Positions 39,994 through 54,200 of a stretch of 64,000 bases of DNA are shown piece after piece. Under the pieces are notes generated by a model. The model was given only the letters and a program-made list of their open reading frames with translations, searched no databases and was not told where the DNA came from. This DNA is from Octopus vulgaris. Taxonomy: Eukaryota. Numbering within the stretch: position 1 is the first letter of the stretch; the number at the start of each line of letters is the position of its first letter. Position numbers and translations under genes: made by a program. The stretch lies in assembly GCA_951406725.2 (NCBI GenBank), contig OX597817.1, forward strand, positions 64,108,001 to 64,172,000, read 5' to 3'.

Positions 39994-42848
39994 AAGTCCC
40001 TTAACTCCTTGGGGGTTGTTAGGGTGCTGCAGCCATGCAGCATATCTTGAGTAAGATGTATATATACATATACACACCACAAACACACACACACACAAGA
40101 GCTTATTGAATTTGTTTTTTAACAACACTGCATAATAATGGCACAACTATGCATTTGATGCACATGCATGTCTGCATTCAAAGTGCATACTTCATTGTTA
40201 CAAAAGACACTTATCCAGTTTCATATTTACTGGTGCATGTTTGTTCAGACATAGAATTTAAATTTGTAACTAGGTAAGGAAGAAATATTGCTTGCCTCTG
40301 AAATGTCACATAATCTCATATAGATCTCTTATTGTTTATAGGGCAGTGGATTGGAAGAATCAGTAGGGTGACAGGCAGTGTGCTTTGCAGTATTTAGTTA
40401 TGTCCCTCTTATGTTCTGCTGGCCCAGCTTTAACTTTTATCCTTCTGGAGTCAATTTAATCAGCTATTATTCGTTCCCTCAAATTAGTGACCTTGTGCTT
40501 ACATTAGAGTTCATTAACATTATTTATGGCAGTGGATTAGCAAAATTGGTTGAGCATCAGACCATTGTGATATTACGTTGCATTGCTCTGTTCTGAGTTG
40601 ATTATCTTGCTGTTTCAGCTTTGCCTTTCATCCTTCCAGGGTTGATCTTATTAACTATTGCCACCTTTCCAAATGTGGCACTTTGACTTGAGTATCAGTG
40701 TGAACTACTCTTAAGCAAGTTTGCAATTGTTTTAATACAATATGGTTGCCATTTCACTTCACTTGAGATATGTGAACATCACAGTTTACCATTCATCTGG
40801 CTTTGTACCTATGTACGAAATGCCTGTTAATGTGTATAGCACTTTCTGATGTTAATGGAAAGAAAAATATCTATATATCAGTAAAATTATAGATTAAAGT
40901 CAGTTTTACAAAACTCATTTAATTGACCTTTTACTGAACTATAATTAGTAACATCTGAGAGTAATTCCTCAATGCATGAATGTTACTACTTCTCATCCCT
41001 ATTTCCTTGTACTGTGGTGATGATCACTCTGGGAGAGGTAAGTTATTGGTAAACCTATTGTCTTCAACCTGATTTAGTATCCCATAGAGCACTAACGTTG
41101 GGATAAGCTTGAACGTCATATATTTTCAATTACCTTACCTCCATAGATGTAAGGCTTTTTTGCCTATATGAGAAATACTTAGACAATTTCAGAAACCATG
41201 CTCATGTCACCAGTCTAGAATTCACTATCAATATATTGTCTCCTTGGAGCAAAATACTCAACTTATGCTTGCAAGGAAAGGCTTCTTGCCAAATTAAATT
41301 GTAATCACAGATTTGTTGTTTAGAGTTTACTGTGTGTATGTGACTTTTACATGTTCTCTTTCGTCTGTTGAGATGGATTGAATGACTTTGTGTGTGAGTG
41401 TTTTTCCTCAAATACAACCATACTCTTTGCCTTATTTTCTAGCTTATAGTCAGGAGGGAATTTGGAAGATTGGTAGGTAGAAAGGATGGACATCAAAGGT
41501 ACGATATAGGTATGGGTTGGGACAGCTCGTGGAATTATCTTTTCATGTGAATAATAAACTCTTTGGAAATGTTTCACAGACTTAGTTGTTTTTTAAAATT
41601 TTGCTCTTGTTCTTTTCCATTCTTCTGCCAGTGAATTCCAGCAACAATATCTTACGATTAATCATACTTAAAAAAATTGTACCAGTACAGTGGCTAAAAA
41701 ATTGTGAGTTTGACTATTCTGTGCGGGGCATTGGGTTTATCTTGCATGTCACTAGACATATAAAAACAGTTTGTTGGTTTTGCAGGACTGAATTTCATGT
41801 AAAATGTATAGGAATAGATAGATTAATGCAATTTTTTTTTGTTTTATAATTTGGTGAGGAGAGGCATGTCTGCCCATGATTTTTGAAGTTCTCTCAGACT
41901 TGTGATATTGATATGGCTCAGCCTCAACATATGCAGGGAGTTGTCTGAAAATCTAATCCAAGTCTAACAGGTGCCTTCAGTTAAGGCACCAAATTGGTAG
42001 ATATATGGCATAAAATAGGGTCAATAGTTTAAACCCATTGGCCCTGGTGATCTGTGAATTTTATTTTAGAAAATATTATTATTCAAGCACTTGAAATTTG
42101 TTCAGAAATATGTTTAAGCATTTATTGACCAAGGTGTTAATGCTACTTTTAAACTTCCAATGTGAAGTGCACCATTATTCTATTTGATCTCTAGCGCCAC
42201 AAAATCAAAAACATAGAGAATCAGTGGCTGAGCTTTCCATGACAAAAGATGATCAGTGAATGGCCAACCTTGTTTATTTCATGGATGAGAGAATAGAGGT
42301 GTTGTTTCTACCTTACCTAAGTATTGACAAATTGGATTTTGCATGCAGTGGTAGAAGGAGGAGGCAGAAATAGAAAGAAGCAGCCACTGAAACTGCTAAG
42401 ACTGACTACTACCAGCCAGTAAAAAAAAAAAAAATCTTGCCTCTTTGTATAAATGAAAGACAGTGCCTTTACTTGAATTAATTTTGAAAAATTTTGCCTC
42501 TTACAACACAGAAATATTTCTCATGGCTCCAGCAGACAAAATGGAAAAGATGTTCCCTCAGAGGATAATGAGAGATGTGCTATAACAGCACTCAGATTCA
42601 CAGGGCTCACACTTGCAGACAGTAATCTCTGCCCTGATAGCAGTAAGCAGGGATATTATCTGGGGCCAAGAATACCAGATGTCTCCACTACAACAGGCTT
42701 GACCATAAAACACGACAGTTTGCTGACCCTGTTTTGGTAAGCAACCATTTAGAGGCTTAGAGAACTCTAGTCCCAGGTAAACCTTGATTGAGTAGACTGA
42801 GGATGAAAGGCATTCCAGCTGTGACCACTTTTTTTTTTTTTTTTTTTC

Positions 42849-42898
<50 letters not shown>

Positions 42899-43787
42899 TG
42901 ACTCTCTCTCTCTCTCTCTCTCTCTCTAGAGCTAGAGAACTCTCTCTCTCAGGTAAACTCTCTCTCTCTAGACTGAGGATGGTGCATCTCCAGCTGTGAC
43001 CATCTCTATATAATGCTGTGCAGAATCACATTATTCAACATACCTTTTTCCAAGATATAGTGGAGTGATTTGAGGAAACATTATTTTTAGCAGGTTGAAT
43101 GACCATTTAGAGGCTCCATTGTTGGCTTGATTGCATGATTTAAAGGTGACCAGAAGACCATCTGAATCAAGACTGATAAAGAGATGCAAATAAAGAAGCC
43201 TCAGCAGGTGTGACTGTATTAAGAAGTTTGCTTCCTTACCATGTGGATCTGGGTTCAATCCCACTGCATGGTACCTAGTGTCTCTTACTGTATAGCTCCA
43301 GGCTAACCAAACTCTTGTGAGTGGACTAGATAAGTGGAAATTGAAAGAAACACTTTGTGTATGGCTTTTATGTTTGTATTTGTCCCCTGCCACTACTTGT
43401 CAACTAGTGTTGGTTTGTTTACATCCCCTAACTTAGCAGTTCAGATAGAATAAGTACCAAACGTAAATTAAGTACTGGAGTTGATTGGCTAAACATTTGG
43501 AGGTAGTGTCCCAGCATGGCTGCAGTCTGATGACTGAAACAAAAAAATAGTTGCTTAACTTGCCACAAACCTTAAAATTTTAAAATTTCATTTGCTTTAA
43601 AAAAACAATACATTGGATAATGCAGTCCTTGATACATTATGGCACTATGTCTAAAGAATATTGTATTGCTGTGGTTTCTACTGTTTCTGTGACATCACAC
43701 TATCTCTATGCTTTAAGAGCACAACATCCTTGTTTTATTCCTATAAAGAAAATAGAAGCTCCAGAGGAAAAGCTGTTACACTCTTAA

Positions 43788-44000
43788 TCCTTTAGCATTC
43801 AGATTACTGTTAAGTATAATGCTTATTCTCAATGTTTTGAATTAATCATGCATTATCTCAAAACTAAGATTTCAGTGATGTGGTTACTTTTTTCTTACAA
43901 TAACTTTGAAGGGTAGGTGTGATAGGCTGGATCTGGCTGGTTTAAAGATAAAACAGGTAGCATATTTGAGCCAGATATGGCAGGTTTAAGTGCTAAAGGG
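43788..44000. mobile_element. piggyBac-like MITE (second copy ~47641-47852)
   Basis: TTAA-TCCTTTAGCA ... TGCTAAAGGG-TTGA; internal sequence shared with 47641-47852. Confidence 0.7.
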
Positions 44001-44539
44001 TTGAAAGTGTTTTCTCTTTCTACATCTTCCATTTCTGGAATATGAACTTTTTTTTTATCAATTGCAATTAAGAAGCAGGTAAGTAGTAGCTCAATCTGGA
44101 GAGACTGAGAGTTCTGCACCCTGAACCCTATTTCAGCCACTCTTCGCAATCATAGTCTTTCTCTCATTACCTAATATTCATGACCATAGGTGAGGAAAGG
44201 CATGAAAACCAAATTGAAGATAGTGAGTTTGGCTTTTATGCCAACCTCTCCTCTTCTGAGGGCTGAATGCTGAAGCTGGTGCATTTCTATGCCTGCACCT
44301 GCTACTCTAGCATCCAATTCAGTCTCCTACTTTCCATCACTCAAGAATACAGCCCCAAGATACTTAAACTTCACTTGTCTCTGATGTTCCACTAACACAC
44401 TAAGTGCACAGGAAAGGCTTTCTTGACAGGACCAATTTCATGAAGAACAAGATGATTGGATAATATTCAGTTTCAGTTGGTCATACTTGGACATCCTCTT
44501 CAATAATCAACAGAAGTACCTTTAGCTGTAAATGTGGGG

Positions 44540-46630
44540 AGCCAGGGTTTGAATTACAGTAGTAACAGAATACTGTAGAAGGATTAGATTACAGAAAGAC
44601 AAGTTGAGATTGCAACATATGTTGATCTTGATTACAAAAGTTTTAGGTACAGATTGTAATGGGTGTAGATCAAGATTGCACCAGATGTAAGTTTTAAATG
44701 CAACAGGAAAATATAGGCCTATATTGATAATATGTCAAGATTACAAGTGTCTTTATAGGCTGCAATGAATATAGGTCTAGAGTCCAAGTGGTGAGATACC
44801 ATCATCATCATCGTTTAGCGTCCGCTTTCCATGCTGGCATGGGTTGGGCGGTTCAACTGGGGTCTGGGAAGCCAGAAGGCTGCACCAGGCCCAGTCTGAT
44901 CTGGCAATGTTTCTACGGCTGGATGCCCTTCCTAACGCCAACCACTCCGTGAGTGTAATGGGTGCTTTTTACGTGCCACCGGCACAGGGGTCAGGCGAGG
45001 CTGGCAACGGCCACGATCGGATGGTGCTTTTTACGTGCCACCAGCAAGATGCGACAAAAGAGCCGAGCCTAGATTGCAGTAGGATCATGCTTAGACTGCA
45101 ACTCTAGTGGGCACAGATTGCAATCAGTGAACAAATGGGTATAAGCAGGAGTGAAACATGACTGCAACAGGCATGGTTATATTTTACAGAAATAGGCTAA
45201 GAATGCTATAGATGTAGATCTTGATTATGGTATGTATGGGTTTAGATTTTAATGTGTAGGTGTAAATTCCATTCTGATATTGGCACAAGGCCTGAAATTC
45301 AGGTAATGGGGATAGTCGATTACATCAACCCCAGTGCTCAACTAGTGCTTAATTTTATTGACCTTGAAATGATGAAAGGCAAAGTTAACCTCAACAGAAT
45401 TTGAGCTCTGAATATAAAGACATGAAATATCACAGCCTTTTGCTTAACATGCTAATGATTTTGCCAGCTTACTGCTTAATGTGTAGGTATAAATTGCAGC
45501 ATATCTGGGTCTAGGTTGCAATATTTAGATTTAGATTACAATTTATGTAGATCCAGATTGCAATGGTTGTATGTTTAAAGTATAATGAGTAAAGGTGTAT
45601 ATTGCAATACGTGTGTAGGTTTAGCAATAGATATATATCTCTTTTCTCATTGAGTCTAGACAAGGCAGTGCTCATCACCTTTGTAGGCCCTTCAAGATCA
45701 ATAACCATGATGTTCTTAAGGTTCCATTTAAACCAGCATCTCCCAACCTATTTTCCCCCAGGCCTTGCGATAACTTCCGAGAAATATCTATGCCTCACCG
45801 GTCATTGGAAAAAAAACTTTGTTTTTAATATTTGATAATTATATCCTTTCCTTAACAAAACATCCACACTAGGGCATTAGAATAGCAATATACTGTAACA
45901 AACAGTTTTTACACAGTATACTTGGCTGGAGGGATTAGTTTGGCTAGCTTGAGAATAAGTGTAGTATATTGGCTGTGAAAAAATGGTTTTCACAATTCCA
46001 TGTCCTACTAAAAAAAAAATAGAAAAGAATTTTGGATTCCACACCTCACCACAATTCATCATCATCATCATTTAAAGTCCATTGGTTGGACAGTTTGACC
46101 AGAGCTGGCAAGCTGGGGGTATGCATCAAACTCCAGTCTGATTTGACATGGTTTCTACAGCTGGATGCCCTTCCTAACACCAACCCCTATACATGTTGGG
46201 AGTCATTGATTTAAACTAAAATTCCAGATGTTTGGGGGTAGAAGGACTGAGAATAGTGGGTAGTACAGGGCCAAGGGGTTTGGATGCAACAAAAGCTGAG
46301 GAGACAAGTGGATCAGAGATATCTAAGCAGAAGAGATATGAGAACAACCAGCTTGATTGCAACTGGTGTTTATATAGACTGGAATTTGTATAGCTACACA
46401 TTGCAACAACTATTGAACTAGATTGCCTAGGAATATCTACATCATTATCATCATCATCGTTTAACGTCCGTTTTCCATGCTAGCATGGGTTGGACAGTTT
46501 GACCGGGGTCTGGGAAGCCAGGAGATTGCACTAGGCTTCAGCCTGATCTGGCAGTGTTTCTACAGCTGGATGCCCTTCCTAATGCCGACCACCCTGTGAG
46601 TGTAGTGATTGTAATGAATAAATAGGAGCC
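44540..46630 (+). repeat. Highly degenerate ~21-bp minisatellite interrupted by SINEs
   Basis: Recurring (T/A)AGATTGCAA / AGATTACA / TAGGTCTAG cores at about 20-24 bp spacing in 44540-44790, 45065-45260, 45480-45640, 46350-46440. Confidence 0.6.
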
Positions 46631-48031
46631 CAAGTATAGCTGATATTGCTAATAAGAGTTAATCAGCTTGGTGTCTTTCAAGTCGTCGTTGTCGACCTCC
46701 CCCTCCTCGTTATCATCATCACCATCCCCCTCTTCCTCGCCACCACCACCATCGTCATAATCATCAGCATCATCATCATCATCATCACAATCATCACCAC
46801 CAAACTGTTGAAAAAGACTCTATATGGTCACTAGACCTACTAGAAATAACAGCAACTTTTCCCTTATATTAGAAAATACCATCTCAAAAAAAGCAAGTAA
46901 CACTGTCTGAAATTAAAGATGAAATGATCATGGATAGAGTGTCTTTGGCTACATGAATTGCTTGATCTGAACTGTCCTGTACCGCATGTACCACAACCCA
47001 CCACCACAACAATCATCATAATCAGTAACAGTTTCTTTTCTGTATCCTATTCTTCTATTCCAATCTGTTTATTGGTTTATTTAATTAGTATCAACTGGAA
47101 ATTTCCTCTGCCTTTGTTTTTCGTCTTTTTCATCTTTTTTTTTGGATCTGTCAATAAAGAAAAGAATAAAGAATATCATCATCCTTATCCTCATTACCAT
47201 CATAACAACAACAACAATAATAACAACAACAACAACAACAGTGTTCAACTGGTTCTCATTTTATTGACCCCTAAAGGTAGAAAGGCAAAGTCGACCTTGA
47301 CAGAATTTGAACTCAGAGCATAAAAATGGATGAAATGCTGCTAAGCATTTTTCCTGGTGTGCTAACGATTCTGCCAGCTTGTTATATTAAAGTGATCCCT
47401 AATATTAGCTTAAGGCCATACATTTTGAGGGATCAGAATAGTTGATTAAATGAACATCAATACTTATCTGGTATTGTATTTTATCAAGCACCTGAGAGAA
47501 GAAAGGAAAAATCACCTTCAGTTTGAGTGCAGCTCAGTAGTTATTATCATCATCATCATCATGTTTGCTTTTCTGTGCCAAGTGACCAATCTAGGACAAC
47601 TGTTCCTAGATAATAGCCTTCTGGTCAATTCCATACTAAAACTTTTAGCATTCAGATTAGTTTGTCAAATGTAATGCTTATTTATTCACATTGTTTTGTA
47701 ATTAATTGTGCATTATCTCATAGTTTTGAGATTTCAATGGTTATCTTTTGAACGACATTGTAGGGTAGGTGTGAGATGTCAGATCTAGCAAGTTCAAATA
47801 TAAAAGAGGTAAAATATTTGGACTGGATATGGCCAGTTTAAATGCTAAAGGGGTAAATGAAAATTAAGAAAATGCAAAACTCTGGGGGTTTAAATTAATA
47901 CTAATAAAACCAGTCAGAGTTTTATTCTCATTCTTTATTTGTTATTCAGACAAAAGAATTAAAGAATATAATTATACCACTAAAATTATAAATTGTGGAC
48001 TACAAACAAATGCAATAATGAATAATTACAG

Positions 48032-49530
48032 TAATTACCTCCGTCAAGGAAGGAGATTATGTTTTCATTGGCGTTAGTTTGTCCGTCTGTCCATCTATGT
48101 GCAAAATAACTCAAAAAGTTATGAACGGTATTTGCTGAAACTTGCAGGAAAAGTTACTAATGACACAAGGAACAGATGATGGAATTTTGGTAGTGATCCG
48201 GGAATTTTTAAGAATTCTTGAAGGATTTTTCATTTGTTATATTTACTTTACATGAAGTATTACAATGTTACGTTCTTTGATTATCTCCCTTGAAAATACG
48301 TTCATCGTTTGCACGTAACCTATGGTGGCATTGCTGTTTCCAAAGTTTATTTTCGTTTCTCCTTCAGTAATTTTACTCACATATCTATCTTAAAATGAGC
48401 TGCTTGGCGGATGTCTGCAGAGGATGACATGACAAGCCTTGTGGAAAATATTCCATCAACATTGCCCATCTTTAAAATTCATCTAAGGCTTGGCCCCCGT
48501 GCCATCCGTCCACTACAGAAATGTTCGTGTCATATCACAACACTATGACAGAACTATTTCACCTCAATTGGCCCTGCTCTTTTCAACATCGTGCCAGACA
48601 CACATAAAGGAGGAAAGTGACTTCACGGCATTCAACAAATACCAGATAAACCACCCGCACCCAGATATGTCTCTGAAAACAATAACCCTCCGCTTGAATG
48701 GGCTATGGTTCCCCAGAGCTGACTGTGTATCTCTTCCAGGTGGTGCTATTAAATCAGATATGACCTGAGTCAACTTTGACCGAAACTTATCTAAGTAATC
48801 TAATCTATGGTGAAACCTTTTAATCAAAGCATGACAACGTGGGTAGAGGCTGATATCTTAACATTTCTGATGGTCTTAAATATAAAAAAAAAATTTTTTA
48901 AGATTTACATATAACTACATTCAGAGTATGTCTATAAGCTATTGTGTTTAGACCTGGTTTCTAACCTCAAACTGTTCCGTTTTGTAGATTTTTTTTTTAA
49001 TAAAGCACTCCGAAATTAGAAAAATCAAAAATCTGCAACGATCTCGGTCCCATGAGTATCAGATAATGGATTTTCAACTGTGTAAAGAAACTGATTGTGG
49101 TAATCGTAGTTTTGACAGTGAGTGTGGTGAAAACAGATACAGTGTTGATGATGATGATGGTCGAGATAAGTATGGGAGAAGGATAAAATAGTATTGGTGG
49201 TTATAATGACAACAGGAGTGGTGTGGTGTGTGATGCTGAGGTAATAGTGGTGCTGATGATAGTGTTAGTTGTGTGATGGTGGTATTGTAGTGGTTATACT
49301 GGTTGTGGTGGTGAAAGTGACTGTCAAGGTAACTATCAAGATAACATTGATGGTGGTGTATGTGGTTGAAGTGGAAGCAATGACAATGCTGCTGATGATG
49401 TTGGTGGTTGTGGTAGTGGTGATAGTGGTAGGTTAGTTGTGGCAGTGATTGTGATATGGTGGTCATCGTCATCATTGTGCTGCTCCTGCTGGTTTGGCGG
49501 AGGTCTGCACTCTCCGAGTGCTTTTCTAAT
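48032..49530 (+). mobile_element. Helentron-associated (HINE/DINE-1-like) element(s), composite
   Basis: 5' subTIR TTACCTCCGTCAA followed by GTCY-type repeats; 3' subTIR TTGGCGGAGGT plus hairpin GCACTC-TCC-GAGTGC and TTTTCTAATT at 49493-49530; a second subTIR at ~48404. Confidence 0.65.
48420..48770 (+). mobile_element. LINE 3'-end fragment (decayed ORF2 C-terminus)
   Basis: Reads RLGPRAIRP...NYFTSIGPALFNIVPDTH...QIPDKPPAPRYVSENNN across frameshifts, typical of LINE ORF2 tails. Confidence 0.6.
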
Positions 49531-50921
49531 TAATTATTGCTTTGGTTGGCAGTGATCTGGCAGAATCATTAGCATACCAGGCCAAATGCTTAACAGCATT
49601 TCATCCATCTTTATGTTTTGAGGTCAAAATCTGCTGAGGTGGACTTTACTTTTCACCCTTTCAGAGTTGATAAAAATAAGTAGACTTACCCCTCCTCCAA
49701 AATTGCTGGCCTTGTGCCAAAGTTTGAAATCACTTATTGATCTGATTGCTTGGTTAAAAAGTTTGCTTTACAATCATGTAGTTCTAGGTTCAGTCCTATT
49801 GATACATCATTGATGTGGTTTTCACATATTTTCTTATTTAGCATGTAGCTTGTAAATCAATGCCAAAATTTTCATGTACCTTGTAAATAAACCCCGAATT
49901 TTGCATGTAACTTGCAAATCAACCCTAAATTTTCCTCTTCACACAATACACTACCATCATCTTCAACTACTGTGTAAAACCCAACTTAGATCACAGAGAC
50001 ATATTGCTCACTTGCAAGACAATGAACTTCATACTATCTCATGGAGCAGGGCGCTCTTATATTTTACATACCTTCTGTTTTTGTTCCTCAAGCTGTTTTT
50101 CTACCCTTTTTACAAATTCCTTTTACACTCCTCGCCTATTTAGCCCTCAGCTGCTCCCATTTATTGCAAGTGAATGAATTTCATGAAGGCATTATCTTAT
50201 ACAATTTGAGGTATATCTTTATACCACATGTCTCCACAAGAAACTAACGCAAATATAGTAGGTCCCATGTAAAATATTTAATATTTAGAAAAGTGCTTGC
50301 CACCAACAGCAGGCGAACAGCAGAATCAAAAGTGTACCAGGAATTAACCTGTACAACATGGTTGTGTCCCTTCCCATTCAGAATTCAAACCCCACTCAGA
50401 TTCACTTTGTCTTTCACTCTTTAAAATGTCAATAAAATTTGTACCTGTTAAAAATATTTATTGGGGTCAAGGTAATCGATTACACACGAGAAAGTGGGAC
50501 CTCAAATTTTTTTATGATTTAGTCAGAGACAAAAGGCATTGCTCATGACTGTTGCAGGGTCTCTGATACCAGTGTAAAAAAGGGCAATGGAAACCACAGC
50601 TGATGTTTAGCTGTTGTGGGAGGTAGCATATCAAAACAATGAGTTGTTCCCAAACTGGAGTCCTTAATCAAATGATTGCTGAAGGTGTTCAAAGGCTAGT
50701 GGTGGTGGGAAACCTGGTGACAGGTAAGTTTTAAAACTCTCTCTACCTAAGAACAGATGCTGTTCACAGAGTTTCAATCTACTCAATTTCACTCACAAGA
50801 TTTGGATTAGTTCAAGGCTATGATAAAAAGACACATGCACAAGATACCATGCATTAGGATGTAACCATGTATTATTAAAACAGATAAACTATAAAAATGT
50901 AGGATGATGCAAATGACTTAC

Positions 50922-51111
50922 AGGGAGCATATTGTCTATGTTTAGATCGTTTGGTTTTATTTTTGTACCATTTTGACCAAGAATTGAAGACATGGCTTGC
51001 CCAGCCTAGGGTTTCAATCCGAAACATATCCTCTTTTATATCTTCATAATCCACTTTTGTTGATGACAGAAATATCTTTAAAGGAAATTTTCTCAAAGCA
51101 GAATCTTTATT
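50922..51111 (-). CDS. LRRC42: LRRC42-like exon 4: NKDSALRKFPLK...RIETLGWASHVFNSWSKWYK...QYAP
   Basis: TTTGCAG acceptor, GTAAGT donor; ETLGWASHVFNSW resembles LRRC42 KTEGWADQIVLQW; phase 0 matches exon 3. Confidence 0.8.
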
Positions 51112-51514
51112 CTGCAAAGAAAGTGGGGAAATAATAATGAAATATATTAGTTCAATACAACATTATTGCTGTTCTTGTATATCAGAAACTACATTCTTCA
51201 ATATGGACTTTTTTTTTTATTTAAAGATGGGAACATGTAATGTGAGAGATTTGGCTGCTATTTCTTCACATCAAAACTCATTGCTACCATTACAATCCAG
51301 CATTACTATTGCAATCATCTTCAGCAGTAAACCACCAGAGATATAGCACAACAATAATTCTACATCCAGTCATAAACTTAGATATGAATATCAAAAGGAA
51401 GTCTTGCCAATACCTCCAGCAATAAATATGTGATGACTTATTACAAACGTCTCGCGGATTTCTATTTCCTTGTTATTACGTACAAGATGGTGAGCCCTCT
51501 TTCTCTCATGCTCA

Positions 51515-52030
51515 TTAAATTATAGGATATTGTTTAATCGACATCTGGCAGGACTTCCGTCTGTCCCCACCCCAAAAACCACCCTTTAAAAAAATTTTTG
51601 TTTTTGACACAAACCTCACCTTTTCGGCTATGGGGAATACTAATCTGCAAAAAAATTGGTAAAAATCGACATTTCTAAATAACCCCCACCCACCCCCATT
51701 TCCTTCATTTTTAACTTTTTTCACAATTTTTTTGGTCAAAATATGTGGAAAAATACGGAGATTATGATTCAGATAAAAAATTTCAAAACATTTCTGTACA
51801 TACGGTTATGGTTTTAGGGTTAGTGTTGGGGAAAAAGTCAAAATTGAAAAGGTTGGTGGGGAAAAGAGGGGGAAAAAATTTCACAATGCTGGTTTTTGGC
51901 AATTTTCCAGAACCTCCGTACCCGAAAACAGGGATTTTTGGCAAAAAAAAATTACAAAAATAAACAAATTTGGGAGAAAATGGGGGGTGGGGTGGACGGG
52001 TGAACATTTTCCCTACATTTTCATTATAAC
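51515..52030. mobile_element. Unclassified interspersed repeat, possibly rolling-circle derived
   Basis: Distinct composition; C-rich left part and G-rich right part partly inverted (CCGTCTGTCCCCACCCC vs GGGGTGGGGTGGACGG). Confidence 0.35.
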
Positions 52031-53156
52031 TATATCATCCAACCAAAATATCTCACATAAACATAATCAGAATTACTATTAAACCATAGTTAAATAGATC
52101 ATACATATTCAAAGAACATTCTTGGTTTAGTGGTACGGAACGTTCTTCTGGTATTCTTTTACTTGTTTCAGTCATTTGATGGTGACCCTGCTAGAGCACC
52201 ACCCTTTAGTCGAAGAAATCAACCCCTGGACTTATTCCCTGTAAGCCTGGTGCTTATTCTATCAGTCTCTTCTATTGAACAGCTAAATTACAGAGTCGCA
52301 AATGCACCAACATTGGTGTGAAGCAATGGTGGTGGTGGGACAAACACACACACACACGCATGCATGCATACCTACCTACCTACATACATACATACATACA
52401 TACACGACAGGCTTTGTAAAAGTGAGTTATGTCATTGGTACCAAGCTGTATCAACCTTTGCCTTTCCCTTGGATAACATTGGTGGCCTGAAAAGGGGAGG
52501 CTGGTATACATGGGTAACTACTGGTCTTCCATAAACAATCTTGCCCAAACTTGTGCCTCAGATGGTAACTTTCTAAGTGCAATCCTATGGTCATTCCTGA
52601 CCGAAGGGGCTCTTTACTCTTTTACTCTGTTACTCTCTCCTCCAACAACCTATCACAATTGTAAATCAGTTCCTTTCATCTTCCTTATTTCCCATCGGGA
52701 ACCATTGTTTTTTCTCTCTTTAATTCTTCTTCAGTTATTGGGGGTCACTTTAGAGCCTTATGAGGTGATCTTTACAAGTAATGGTACCGCATAAAAAGCA
52801 TTCAATACACCACACCTTGTAAAATGGTTGTTGTTTGAAAAGGCATCCAGCCATAAAAAACCATGCCAAATTAGACTGTGGAGCATGATGCAATCCTCTG
52901 ATACATCAGATCCTGCTATACCATCCACCCCATGCCAGCATGGAAGCCAGGCATTAGATGATGTTGATGAAACTCACAAACAGACACAAATGTAACCAGA
53001 CATACACACATACATACATCCTTTCTTCCTTTGTCTATCTGCCTCTTTCTCTTTCACTGACTCTCACTCTCTCTCAAATACATGCGCGCGCATGTGTGCG
53101 CATTAACACACACACACACACACATACACACTTAAGTAGATACAAGAAAGACTTAC

Positions 53157-53245
53157 AGATATTGCTGTATTTGATATATCTAAGTACTTGAGCTCTGAAA
53201 AAACCTTTAAGTATTCTAAACAACAGGCATCTAAATCTTGATTGT
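53157..53245 (-). CDS. LRRC42: LRRC42-like exon 3: (D)NQDLDACCLEYLKVFSELKYLDISNTAIS
   Basis: TTTCACAG acceptor, GTAAGT donor, 89 nt, phases 1/0; LRR LxxLDIS motif; not in the ORF track. Confidence 0.88.
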
Positions 53246-54081
53246 CTGTGAAATAAAGAATGAAACTTAGTCAGATAAAGCGATAGAGCTTTATAAATAC
53301 TACCTTTATATATATATATATATATATGAGAGTATTGTAGTTTGCTTGAAGCATTGTATATTGTTTGTAAAAAATAATGTGTCTTGAATGGCACAACAAT
53401 GGACTATAATTATTGTTATAATTTAATCATCCATAGACTGATATGATATGATATATATATAATACAATACGATATAATAATAAATTAATATATTAAGATG
53501 TATTAAATACATTATAATATAGATGGCACATTAGCAGTTAAAACCAAAAAGGTAAAATTAATAAATGAAGGTGTAAAATAGCACTGGCAATTGCTAGAAA
53601 TGAGTCAAAATTTAACTCAAACAGCCACATAAAGCACTAACCTTAATGAGATATACAGGAATTGCGAGCGAGCAAACCAAAACACGTTTCCCTGGTGAGA
53701 TAAACTCACAGAATGAAGTATTTGGACAAATCCATATCACGTGATTTCAAAATTTGACCAATGTGTCCTTGTTTCTCATCAGAGGCTTCCACTACTATTC
53801 TGGGTTAATGAGATAGCCTGCCTCCCAGTAGACAAAATACTACAGCTAGTGTATTGTAAAAATATCAACCCCCCCCCCCCCAACACTTGACTGATTTTAT
53901 CGACCCAGGAATAATGAAAGCAAAGTTGATCTTGACAGGGTTTGAAATCATAGCTAAAAAGTTCGTAACTTAATAACACAGAGCGTTGTATTTGGTGCTC
54001 TTCAGTCTTTGTCAATGCTCCGCCCTGCGGATTACTAGAAATAAAATGTGTTAATTTGATTATAACGAAAGAAATACCTAC

Positions 54082-54200
54082 CGGAAATATCAAGATATTG
54101 TAAATTTCTTTGTCCGCCTCTAAGAAGGCGTAAAGAAATCGTCATGTGATCAATACCTCGATGGCTCAGCCCATTATCACGAAGAGCAAGCAATGTCAAG
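54082..54200 (-). CDS. LRRC42: LRRC42-like exon 2: LTLLALRDNGLSHRGIDHMTISLRLLRGGQRNLQYLDIS
   Basis: TTACAG acceptor, GTAGGT donor, 119 nt, phases 2/1; aligns to LHLKDNCLSDAGVRKMTAPVRVMKRGLENLTLLDLS. Confidence 0.88.

Noticed and set aside
49074-49475. His-rich 133-aa ORF
   Set aside because: Translation of a degenerate (TGG/TGA)n trinucleotide tract
50060-50140. Possible LRRC42-like exon 5 (minus, GTATGT donor); also a 25-nt candidate near 41139-41163 and ORFs at 37763-38631
   Set aside because: Required phase gives early stops or no recognisable homology; unsupported without transcripts
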